This document shows, piece by piece, positions 21,380 through 30,080 of a stretch of DNA of 64,000 bases. Position numbers and translations under genes: made by a program. Origin of the DNA: an uncultured Oscillospiraceae bacterium (GTDB taxonomy: Bacteria; Bacillota; Clostridia; Oscillospirales; SIG627). The stretch covers positions 65,600 to 129,599 of the forward strand of contig CAZLEX010000002.1 of NCBI GenBank assembly GCA_964558655.1, in the 5' to 3' direction. Each line of letters opens with the position of its first letter. The stretch's first letter is position 1. The notes beneath the pieces were generated by a model. The model was not told the origin of the DNA, did not search any database, and saw nothing but the letters and a program-made list of their open reading frames with translations.

Positions 21380-23311
21380 ATGAAAATAAATATCAGACCG
21401 GGACGACGCTTTTTTATATGTGCCGGCACAGTCATTGCTTTTTTGTTTCTGTGCCTGTTCGGAGTGTTTGAACTGCATATGGACGGAAGCGTTATTCGGC
21501 AGGGTGCCGTAATTGCGGGTTCTGCTTTGCTGTTTTTGACAGCTTCCATGATAAGTGTCAGTTTTAAAAAGAGTTATGCCGCATGGATTGCGGCGGCGTT
21601 TTTGTCCTTGCTCAGTTTTGTTTTCGGGCAAATTCTTTTGGACCTTTCTCCGTTTGACATGAAATTCAAAATTATTTTGTCGAATTTTATTTTGATATGT
21701 TTTCTTTACGCTTTTTCTCTCACGGTTTTTCCAAGTACCCGATTCGGTCTGGCACTTCCCGCACTTGTGCTTTTCGTTTTTCATTTTGTGAACTATTCCG
21801 TGTATATGTTCAGAGGGCTGGAATTGACGGTAAGCGATTTTTACTCCGTTAAAAACGCTCTGGGAATTGCGTCGAAATATTCTCCGTACTTTACTTCTTC
21901 GGCCTTTATCTCCCTTTCGGTTTTTGCCTCATGTTTCGTGATAATTCTTTCGTCTGACTTTCCAAAAGTTTCGAAAAAGTTCAGAATATGTTCTCTTGTT
22001 TCGTCTTTGGTATTACTTACGGGGATTTTTGCTGAGGCGAAATTCGGTCCGGGAGAAATTGAGTGGTTTGGAAAAAACGGGACAAAATACAACGGTGCAA
22101 CCTACAATGTACTTGTCGAATTGAGGTGCAACACCGTAAGTCCGGGAGAAAATTACAGTGCGGAGAGGGCACACGAGATTATAAGTTCTTACGGCACCGG
22201 TACCGAAAGCGATCCGGATTCTCCGCACATCATCGTGATTATGAGCGAGTCCTTTGCCGACTTGTCGGTTTTGGGAGAATTGACGCTTGAGGGAGACGAT
22301 CCGCTTGAATTTTTCAATTCGCTTACGGAAAACACTGTTCGCGGAAGTGCGATTTCTTCGATATTCGGAGGAGGAACGGCAACTTCCGAATGGGAATTTC
22401 TGACGGCAAACAGCGAGGCGTTTCTGCCCAACGGTTCCATTGCCTATCAGCAGTATATTACCGACCATTCATGGAGTATTGTGGCAGCTCTTAAATCCGA
22501 AGGGTATACCGCAGTTGCCATGCACCCGTATGAAAACGGCTTTTGGAGACGCAATACGGTTTACGACATCATGGGATTTGACGAAATGTATTTCATGGAC
22601 GACCTGAGCAGCGATGATACGCTCCGAGATTTTGTTACGGATAGGTCTCTTTATTCCGATATAATCGAACGCTTTGAATCAAAAGATGACGGCGAGAAGC
22701 TTTTTATGTTCAATGTCACTATGCAAAATCACGGAGGATATCTGTACGGTGATTTTCAATCAACCGTTACTGCGGGTAATTCGGCGTGGACCGATGTTGA
22801 CCAGTATCTTTCGCTTTTGAAAATTTCGGATGATGCATTGAAAGAGTTTGTGGGTTATTTTGAAAACATTGACGAAAAAGTTTGCCTTGTGTTCTTCGGA
22901 GATCATCAGCCGGCACTTAATGTTGACTTCTTCAATGTGCTTCTCGGCTCGTCCGAACCGGATTTAAACGATACGGTAAAGAAATATACAGTACCGTTTA
23001 TAGTCTGGACAAATTACGAAAGCGAAGAGTGTGACGGAGTGCTTACAAGTCTCAATGCACTTTCCTCAATCGTTTTGGATAAGGCGGGAATATCGCTTCC
23101 GGCATATATCGAATTTGTCAAAGATTTTTCCCAAACCGTTCCGGTTGTCACGCCGTTTTGCTATTTTTCAAAGACTTACAATGAGTTTGTTCCTCTTTCT
23201 CAAGCCGAAGGCGATGAGCTTGAATGGATAGAAAAATATAAAATTTTACAGTATAATAACCTGTTCGATAAGAGCGGACGAGTAGAGGTATTTAAGTATG
23301 AGACTTACTGA
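21380..23311 (+). CDS. LTA-synthase-family sulfatase-domain membrane protein
   Basis: Polytopic N-terminal half plus an extracytoplasmic sulfatase/alkaline-phosphatase-like domain. Start at ATG 21380 after GAGGG. Confidence 0.75.
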   Translation: MKINIRPGRRFFICAGTVIAFLFLCLFGVFELHMDGSVIRQGAVIAGSALLFLTASMISVSFKKSYAAWIAAAFLSLLSFVFGQILLDLSPFDMKFKIILSNFILICFLYAFSLTVFPSTRFGLALPALVLFVFHFVNYSVYMFRGLELTVSDFYSVKNALGIASKYSPYFTSSAFISLSVFASCFVIILSSDFPKVSKKFRICSLVSSLVLLTGIFAEAKFGPGEIEWFGKNGTKYNGATYNVLVELRCNTVSPGENYSAERAHEIISSYGTGTESDPDSPHIIVIMSESFADLSVLGELTLEGDDPLEFFNSLTENTVRGSAISSIFGGGTATSEWEFLTANSEAFLPNGSIAYQQYITDHSWSIVAALKSEGYTAVAMHPYENGFWRRNTVYDIMGFDEMYFMDDLSSDDTLRDFVTDRSLYSDIIERFESKDDGEKLFMFNVTMQNHGGYLYGDFQSTVTAGNSAWTDVDQYLSLLKISDDALKEFVGYFENIDEKVCLVFFGDHQPALNVDFFNVLLGSSEPDLNDTVKKYTVPFIVWTNYESEECDGVLTSLNALSSIVLDKAGISLPAYIEFVKDFSQTVPVVTPFCYFSKTYNEFVPLSQAEGDELEWIEKYKILQYNNLFDKSGRVEVFKYETY

Positions 23312-24269
23312 TGAACAAATCAAAAAAATTACAAAAGGAGTCTGTGCCGTAGAGCAGGAAGAAGGGTATTGGCGTTTTTTGCGTTTCCAGAAAGAAGTTC
23401 TCACGGAACTTTCGGTAATAGGCGAGGAAAAGCGTATACAATCCCTTGTTCCGTCGGGTGTAAGGTTTGATTTTTACACCGACAGCACTGAACTTAAAAT
23501 CGGAGTTAAAACCAATTATATTACCGGAAATTTCGAACTCTGGGTTGACGGACTGTTAACAGATGTTGCCGGTGCGTCGGACAGCGATGCCGAGTGTGAA
23601 AAATATGTTGAATTTAAGATGAATGGCGGGAAAAAGCATATAGTGCTTTATTTCCCGACTTACGGAATTGCACGGCTGTCGTCTGTTGAACTTTCGGACA
23701 ATGCTTGGTTTGAGCCGTGCGAGGAAAAACCGCTTGCGGTATTTTTCGGAGACAGCATAACTCAGGGATATACTACACATTGGTCGTCGTTAAATTATGT
23801 CGCAAGGCTTTCGAGAAAGATGAACATGGATTTTCATAATTTCGGCATAAGCGGAGATATATTCAATACGGTGGTGACGAAAGCTTCTCTTTCACGAAAA
23901 CCGGAATATGTTTTCGCCTCTTACGGCACAAACGACTGGAAAGAAGGAAAGGGTTTTCCGTCTGAGATAAAAAAGAATATGCGTGACTTTTTTGTTCGGA
24001 TTTGTTCCAAGTATCCGGAGTCGAGAATCATCGATATTCTTCCTATTTGGCGTGCCGACGCCGATAACGGATATCCTTTCAAGTTTGCCGAACTTTCCGT
24101 TCTTATGCGAGAAGTTCTTCGTGAATTTAAGACGGTTGAGGTTATCGACGGGCTGACACTCGTGCCTCATGTGCCTGCACTTTTTGCAGACAGAAGTCTT
24201 CACCCCAATGAAACGGGATTTGAATTTTACGCCGACGGAATTTTCAATTACTTATCGCAAAAGGGTTGA
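23298..24269 (+). CDS. SGNH/GDSL hydrolase with N-terminal beta-sandwich domain, copy 1
   Basis: Block I FFGDSITQGY, then YGTNDW and a C-terminal H (SLHPNE). N-terminal GVRFDFYTDS region. Confidence 0.8.
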   Translation: MRLTDEQIKKITKGVCAVEQEEGYWRFLRFQKEVLTELSVIGEEKRIQSLVPSGVRFDFYTDSTELKIGVKTNYITGNFELWVDGLLTDVAGASDSDAECEKYVEFKMNGGKKHIVLYFPTYGIARLSSVELSDNAWFEPCEEKPLAVFFGDSITQGYTTHWSSLNYVARLSRKMNMDFHNFGISGDIFNTVVTKASLSRKPEYVFASYGTNDWKEGKGFPSEIKKNMRDFFVRICSKYPESRIIDILPIWRADADNGYPFKFAELSVLMREVLREFKTVEVIDGLTLVPHVPALFADRSLHPNETGFEFYADGIFNYLSQKG

Positions 24270-24354
24270 TTTTACGAAAAAATATTGTAAAATAAATACA
24301 GACGGTGACGGAATTTTGACACCGTAAATTATACAGATAAAGTGAGATGATAAA

Positions 24355-25329
24355 ATGAAGCTTAATGACGAACAAATCAGGAAAATTACGAAAGGTGTTT
24401 GTACCGTAGAGCAGGAAGAAGGTCATTTGCGTTTTTTGCGTTTTCCGAAAGAAGTTCTTACGGAACTTGCAAAAATCGATCAGTCCAAGCACACGCAGGC
24501 CCTTGTTGCGTCGGGTATAAGGTTTGATTTTTACACCGACAGCACAGATCTTAAAATCGGTATTACAACGACTTACGCTACGGCGAATTTCGAGCTTTGG
24601 GTTGACGGGGAGCTTACAAGTGTTGCCGGAGCAACCGACAGTATGGGTGAGAGTAAATCCGTGGGATTCAAAATGAAGGACGGAAAAAAGCATGTAGTGC
24701 TCTATTTTCCGACTTACGGAATTGTACGGCTGTCTTCGGTCGAACTTTCGGACAATGCTTGGTTTGAGCCGTGCGAAGACAAAACTCTTGCCGTATTTTT
24801 CGGAGACAGCATAACTCAGGGATATACGACACCTTGGGCATCGCTGAACTATGTCGCAAGGCTTTCGAGAAAGATGGATGTGGATTTTCATAATTTCGGC
24901 ATAAGCGGAGATATATTCAATACGGTGGTGACAGAAGCCTCTCTTTCGCGAAAACCGGAATATGTTTTTGCCTCTTACGGCACAAACGATTGGGGATGCG
25001 GAAAATTTTCTCCCGCAGAATTCAAGAAAAATATGCGTGACTTTTTTGTTCGGATCTGTGCTAAGTATCCGGAATCGAGAATTATCGATATTCTTCCTAT
25101 ATGGCGTGCCGACGGGTACACTGATGCTTGGTACCCCTTTAAATTCGAGGAAATTTTCGTTCTTATGAGGGAAGTTCTTCGTGAATTTAAGACGGTTGAG
25201 GTTATCGACGGGCTGACACTCGTGCCTCATGTGCCTGCACTTTTTGCAGACAGAAGTCTTCACCCCAACGAAACGGGATTTGAATTTTACGCTGACGGAA
25301 TTTTCAATTATTTATCGCAAAAGAGTTGA
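24355..25329 (+). CDS. SGNH/GDSL hydrolase, copy 2 (tandem paralog)
   Basis: Same motifs as copy 1 and collinear over its full length. Confidence 0.8.
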   Translation: MKLNDEQIRKITKGVCTVEQEEGHLRFLRFPKEVLTELAKIDQSKHTQALVASGIRFDFYTDSTDLKIGITTTYATANFELWVDGELTSVAGATDSMGESKSVGFKMKDGKKHVVLYFPTYGIVRLSSVELSDNAWFEPCEDKTLAVFFGDSITQGYTTPWASLNYVARLSRKMDVDFHNFGISGDIFNTVVTEASLSRKPEYVFASYGTNDWGCGKFSPAEFKKNMRDFFVRICAKYPESRIIDILPIWRADGYTDAWYPFKFEEIFVLMREVLREFKTVEVIDGLTLVPHVPALFADRSLHPNETGFEFYADGIFNYLSQKS

Positions 25330-25415
25330 TTTTACGAAAAAATATTGTAAAATAAATACAGATCAAGCTGACAGAATTTTGACACAGTAATTATACAGAA
25401 AAGTGAGGTAAGATT

Positions 25416-26387
25416 ATGAAACTTGGTGTATTTTCTCCTGCATTGGCAACATTGTCCTTTCGCGAAATGATAGAATATCTTTCGAGTATCGGGGTAGAAC
25501 AGGTCGAAATGGGTGCGGGCGGCTGTCCCGGCAAAGCACATTTCGATCCCGAAGTATTGCTTGCCGATGAGAAAAAAATCGACGAAATAAAAAAGATTCT
25601 TCGCGACAACAACATGGAAATATCGGCTATCAGCTGTCACGGTAATCCCGTTCACCCGGATAAGACAGTTGCGAAGACATATCACGACGATTTCGAGCGG
25701 GCTGTTTTGCTTGCCGAAAAGCTCGGTGTTGAAACGGTAGTCGGATTTTCGGGTTGTCCCGGAGATTCGGAAAATTCAAAGTACTCAAACTGGGTCACCT
25801 GTCCCTGGCCCGTTGAATTCGGTACGATACTGAACTGGCAGTGGAACGAGGTTTTAATTCCCTATTGGAAAAAAGAAGCCGAATTTTGCAAAGCTCACGG
25901 AATTAAGAAGATTGCATTTGAAATGCATCCGGGATTTTGTGTTTATAACCCGGAAACCGTTCTGCGATTAAGAGACGCGGTCGGTGACATTATAGGTGCG
26001 AATGTGGATCCGAGTCATCTCTATTGGCAGGGTATGAAGCCGGTTGAGGTTATAAAGACGCTCGGGAAAGCCGGAGCCATTTATCACTTCCACGCAAAAG
26101 ACACCAAGATTGACGAGAGCAATACATCTGTAAACGGTGTGCTTGACAACAAGCCTTATGCCGATGTTCTCGGGCGTTCGTGGGTGTTCCGTACCGTCGG
26201 TTACGGTCACGGCAAGGAAGAATGGAACGATATCATATCGACTTTGAGAAAAGTGGGATATGACGGTACCGTAAGCATTGAGCATGAGGATTCTCTCATG
26301 TCTCAAAAAGAAGGGCTTGAAAAAGCGGTTCGCTTCCTTCGCGATGTTCTCATAAAAGAAGAATGTGCGAAAATGTGGTGGGTATAA
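25416..26387 (+). CDS. Sugar phosphate isomerase/epimerase (xylose-isomerase-like TIM barrel)
   Basis: 323 aa. Typical AP-endonuclease-2/TIM-barrel pattern (IAFEMHPG, HFHAKD, SIEHED). Confidence 0.8.
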   Translation: MKLGVFSPALATLSFREMIEYLSSIGVEQVEMGAGGCPGKAHFDPEVLLADEKKIDEIKKILRDNNMEISAISCHGNPVHPDKTVAKTYHDDFERAVLLAEKLGVETVVGFSGCPGDSENSKYSNWVTCPWPVEFGTILNWQWNEVLIPYWKKEAEFCKAHGIKKIAFEMHPGFCVYNPETVLRLRDAVGDIIGANVDPSHLYWQGMKPVEVIKTLGKAGAIYHFHAKDTKIDESNTSVNGVLDNKPYADVLGRSWVFRTVGYGHGKEEWNDIISTLRKVGYDGTVSIEHEDSLMSQKEGLEKAVRFLRDVLIKEECAKMWWV

Positions 26388-26408
26388 TTTAAAGTTAATC
26401 GATTTTAA

Positions 26409-26445
26409 GCGGTTGAGAAATTTTCTTTCTCGGCCGCTTTTTTTT
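26409..26445 (+). terminator. Rho-independent terminator; left boundary of the T7SS-like island
   Basis: 12-bp stem GCGGTTGAGAAA / TTTCTCGGCCGC (one G-U pair) with a 5-nt loop, followed by T8. Confidence 0.8.
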
Positions 26446-26601
26446 ATAAAAAAATTCCAATTTTTACATTTTAGGGTTATTTTTTTACAAATAGGACGAA
26501 AATTTTCCTTTTATGTGTATTATTTAACTGTATAAAATCGCGAAAAATGTAATATGTGCAAAAGAGCAGTGCTTTTACATACAGCAAGGAAGGTATCGAA
26601 A

Positions 26602-27369
26602 ATGAATTATATCGTTTCTGCCGAAACGGACATCGGTATATTTAAGAATACAAATCAGGACAGCCTGTCCGTTAAAATCATAAATACTCCTGCCGGAAGA
26701 ACGGCTTTTGCGATTCTGTGTGACGGTATGGGCGGGTTGTCAAAAGGTGAAACGGCAAGTGCATCGGTTATAAAAGCGTTCGATGCGTGGGTACTTAACA
26801 CTTTGCCGAGCGTTTGCACTTCGGGCTTTGACGAAAACACGGTCAAAACTCAATGGGAAGAAATATTGCAAAATATGAACTCACGCATAAAATCGTACGG
26901 AGCAAAACAGGGAGTTAAGCTCGGTACGACGGCTGTGATTTTGCTTTTGACCGATAAAAAATATTTCATCATGAATGTCGGTGACTCAAGGGTATATGAG
27001 ATAAGAGAAAATTTAGTGAAGCTCACTGAGGATCAAACATTTGTTGCACGCGAGGTTGCACTCGGAAATATGACTGCCGAGCAGGCCGAAAAAGACGAAA
27101 GACGCAGTGTACTTTTGCAGTGTATCGGAGCGTCGAACGCGGTATACCCAGATTTTTTTGTCGGTGAAACGAAGCAAAACGCGGTGTATATGCTTTGTTC
27201 GGACGGTTTTCGTCATGAAATTACGGAGCAGGAAATTTTTGACGGTTTTCGTCCGGAAGTCCTTGTGAACGATTCGGTTATGAAGCAAAATTCCGTAAAT
27301 TTAATCGAACTTAACAAACAGCGTAACGAGCGGGACAATATATCGGTTATTTTGGTAAGAACCTTTTAA
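26602..27369 (+). CDS. PP2C-family Ser/Thr phosphatase
   Basis: ILCDGMGG, LCSDGF and DNISVILV motifs. I chose the ATG at 26602 (MNYIVSAETDIG), preceded by AAGGAAGG, over the start at 26554. Confidence 0.9.
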   Translation: MNYIVSAETDIGIFKNTNQDSLSVKIINTPAGRTAFAILCDGMGGLSKGETASASVIKAFDAWVLNTLPSVCTSGFDENTVKTQWEEILQNMNSRIKSYGAKQGVKLGTTAVILLLTDKKYFIMNVGDSRVYEIRENLVKLTEDQTFVAREVALGNMTAEQAEKDERRSVLLQCIGASNAVYPDFFVGETKQNAVYMLCSDGFRHEITEQEIFDGFRPEVLVNDSVMKQNSVNLIELNKQRNERDNISVILVRTF

Positions 27370-27386
27370 TTTTAAGGGAGAAAAGT

Positions 27387-29054
27387 ATGCTTGAAATCGG
27401 ATCACTCGTAGACGGTAAGTATAAAATACTCAATAAAGTCGGGCAAGGCGGCATGAGCGTCGTATACCTTGCAATGAACGAAAAAGCGAATAAACAGTGG
27501 GCAGTCAAAGAAGTCAGGAAAGACGGCGTTTTGGATTTTGAATCGGTCAAGCAGGGACTTATTGCCGAAACCGATATTTTGAAGAAGTTGAGTCACCCAA
27601 ATCTTCCGAGTATTGTCGATGTTATAGATACAAACGATTCTTTCATAATCATCATGGATTATATACAGGGTAATTCCTTAAACAAGGCACTTGAAGAATT
27701 CGGTGCACAGCCTCAGGAGTTTGTAATCGAGTGGGCAAAGCAGCTTTGCGATGTTCTCGGATATTTGCACAGCAGGAATCCCGCAATTATTTACCGCGAT
27801 ATGAAACCCGCCAACATTATGTTAAAGCCTGACGGAAATGTAACTCTTATAGACTTCGGAACAGCCCGTGAGTATAAAGAAAAAAATCTTGCCGACACGA
27901 CTTGTCTTGGGACCGTCGGCTATGCGGCTCCCGAACAGTTCGGCGGTATGGGGCAGACAGATGCCCGCACGGATATTTACTGTCTCGGTGCGACGCTCTA
28001 TCATCTTGTAACCGGAATGAATCCGTGCGAGCCGCCTTACGAAATTAAACCCATAAGGCAAATCAATCCCACGCTGTCGGGCGGATTGGAAAGAATCATT
28101 CAAAAATGCACACGCAAAGATCCTCAGGACAGGTATCAGTCATGTGCCGAGCTTATGTACGCACTCGAACATCATGAAGAAATTGATGATGTTCACCGCA
28201 AAAAACAGAAGAAAAAAGTAAAAAAATTCGTCACCGCCTGTGCTATGACAGTTGTATTTGCAGCTGTGTCTTTGTGGGGATATATATCGGCCGAAGACAA
28301 GAAAAGCGAAAATTACGAGGTAATACTCAAGTCGGCACAGACAGAAGAAGATTACTATAAAGCGATTTTGACAGATCCGGCAAGAGAAGAAGCGTATTTG
28401 GAGTTCAACGGTTATTTAATAAACGATTTTGAGCTTTCAAAGGAAGAAGGGCAGTCTCTTTTAAAGCTTTATATAGGACTTGATAACAAAAAGACGAACG
28501 GATTTTCGGAAAATGTGAATGTTTTGGGACGGCTTAAGGAAAAGAATCCCGACGGATATAATAAAGTGTGTTACGAAATAGGGCTGTCTTTTCTGTTCTA
28601 TTACGATGTTAAGATTGATACGGACCGATACTCAAATGCTTCAAAGTGGCTCAGAGAGGTTAAAGATGTATATCCGATAGCCGAAATTTACTGTGACATT
28701 TCAGACTGTCTCGAACTTATCAAACAATACAACGGTTCGAAAATCAAGCAGACGGAAAAAATGTACGAACAGTATGCGAACCTTTGGGAAATGACGGTTA
28801 AATTAAAATCGGGTGCCGACGGATTTGACGGAGTGGATTCCAAATTACAGGTATGGAACGAAATTGTGAAAATGATTGATTCGAATGTCATTGAGCTTCT
28901 TGAGGTTACATCTTCCGAAACGATGATTGAATTTCTCAATTCAATTTCCGAAGATTCGGAAAAAGTCAAAAAATCCGTTCTGGAAGAAGATATAAAAGAG
29001 CTTAGGCTGTCTGTTTCGGAGACGGTGAAAAAAATCGAATCGGCCAAAGCGTAA
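27387..29054 (+). CDS. Transmembrane Hanks-type Ser/Thr kinase without PASTA repeats
   Basis: G-loop GQGGMSVVY, Lys in WAVKEV, catalytic loop YRDMKPANIM, then DFGTA and YAAPE. One TM (FVTACAMTVVFAAVSLWGYI) and an extracytoplasmic, largely helical domain of about 250 aa. Confidence 0.9.
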   Translation: MLEIGSLVDGKYKILNKVGQGGMSVVYLAMNEKANKQWAVKEVRKDGVLDFESVKQGLIAETDILKKLSHPNLPSIVDVIDTNDSFIIIMDYIQGNSLNKALEEFGAQPQEFVIEWAKQLCDVLGYLHSRNPAIIYRDMKPANIMLKPDGNVTLIDFGTAREYKEKNLADTTCLGTVGYAAPEQFGGMGQTDARTDIYCLGATLYHLVTGMNPCEPPYEIKPIRQINPTLSGGLERIIQKCTRKDPQDRYQSCAELMYALEHHEEIDDVHRKKQKKKVKKFVTACAMTVVFAAVSLWGYISAEDKKSENYEVILKSAQTEEDYYKAILTDPAREEAYLEFNGYLINDFELSKEEGQSLLKLYIGLDNKKTNGFSENVNVLGRLKEKNPDGYNKVCYEIGLSFLFYYDVKIDTDRYSNASKWLREVKDVYPIAEIYCDISDCLELIKQYNGSKIKQTEKMYEQYANLWEMTVKLKSGADGFDGVDSKLQVWNEIVKMIDSNVIELLEVTSSETMIEFLNSISEDSEKVKKSVLEEDIKELRLSVSETVKKIESAKA

Positions 29055-29065
29055 GGAGAGAGCAA

Positions 29066-29554
29066 ATGACATACGACATTTACAGATACATATTTATCGG
29101 TGCGGCAATACTTTGCGGTATAATGTTTTTGCTGTCGGTATACTTCTTTATATTCTTTAAAATACCGAGCGTAATAGGAGATCTCACCGGTGCAAATGCA
29201 CGCAAGGCAATAAAAAATATCCGTGAGCAGAACGAGGCAAGCGGAAATAAAGGATACAGAGTCAGCGGTTTTAACGAAGCACGGGGGAGACTAACCGACA
29301 AAATTTCCGGCTCCGGCAGGATTGTACAGCGTAATGCAGGGCAAATGGCCGGGATTAATACGGAGAAAATTTCCACCGCACAACTGACTTCGGACAGTGA
29401 AAACCTAACGACTGTGTTAGATAACTCTTTTCATGACGAAACTACGGTTTTGCACTCTCCGGAAGAGACTTGCGAAAACGCTTCTTTCGAAATCGAATAC
29501 GAAATTACTTTTATTCACACAGATGAAATAATTAGTGCGGAGGAATACATATGA
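29066..29554 (+). CDS. Single-pass membrane protein, unknown function
   Basis: One N-terminal TM helix followed by a polar tail. Tight spacing with flanking genes. I recognise no family motif. Confidence 0.5.
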   Translation: MTYDIYRYIFIGAAILCGIMFLLSVYFFIFFKIPSVIGDLTGANARKAIKNIREQNEASGNKGYRVSGFNEARGRLTDKISGSGRIVQRNAGQMAGINTEKISTAQLTSDSENLTTVLDNSFHDETTVLHSPEETCENASFEIEYEITFIHTDEIISAEEYI

Positions 29555-30063
29555 GTACAAGAGGAACGGACCGCGTATGGCTGTATATCTCAATAGCTTT
29601 CTTTTTTCTGTTTTCGGTAAGCTTTTTGCTTATGCCTTTCGGGGACAGTACCTCTTCCGAAAGCGTTTCGGTATATACACTTATTTCGGGATCTTTGTTT
29701 TGGATATCGCTATTGTCGGGAATTTTCACGCAGGTTTTTCTGTCGCACAGAAGAAAAAAATGGTATGTGAAAAATCATGTCATTGAGGGAAGATTTTCCG
29801 GAAAATTGGGGCTGGTTTCCTTCTTTTCCAACACTGAGGCGACAGTTGCCGATGTAATTTGCATGATAAGTTTTTCGGCTTTGGCAATCTCAATGGTTTT
29901 GACGCACGGTGTCGGATATGTATGTTACATTTTTCTTTCTGTGTTTGTTTTTTCTTTCAGTATGCACTGTATATTAAACGGAAAAAATTACTATCATATT
30001 GTAAATCGTGAAAAAATGCTTCGAAGCCTTGAAAAAAGGCGTGTGAATACGGTAAAAAAGTAA
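29551..30063 (+). CDS. Four-TM membrane protein, unknown function
   Basis: Four hydrophobic segments. ATGA overlap with the upstream gene. Confidence 0.5.
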   Translation: MSTRGTDRVWLYISIAFFFLFSVSFLLMPFGDSTSSESVSVYTLISGSLFWISLLSGIFTQVFLSHRRKKWYVKNHVIEGRFSGKLGLVSFFSNTEATVADVICMISFSALAISMVLTHGVGYVCYIFLSVFVFSFSMHCILNGKNYYHIVNREKMLRSLEKRRVNTVKK

Positions 30064-30080
30064 AGCAAATAGTTTCAATA

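Larger units (their letters stand above)
23298..25415 (+). repeat. Tandem duplication, unit about 1060 bp (gene plus downstream spacer)
   Basis: 24111-24302 and 25171-25362 differ at 4 of 192 positions at a constant offset of 1060. The similarity continues into both downstream spacers. Confidence 0.85.

Noticed and set aside
24244-25263. 339-aa ORF on the minus strand, with a 103-aa look-alike at 23892-24203
   Set aside because: It lies entirely antisense to SGNH-hydrolase copy 2, whose sense frame has clear catalytic motifs. Its sequence is Arg/Cys/Lys/Phe-rich with no domain signature. The shared N-terminus of the two antisense ORFs is just the mirror image of the sense-strand duplication.
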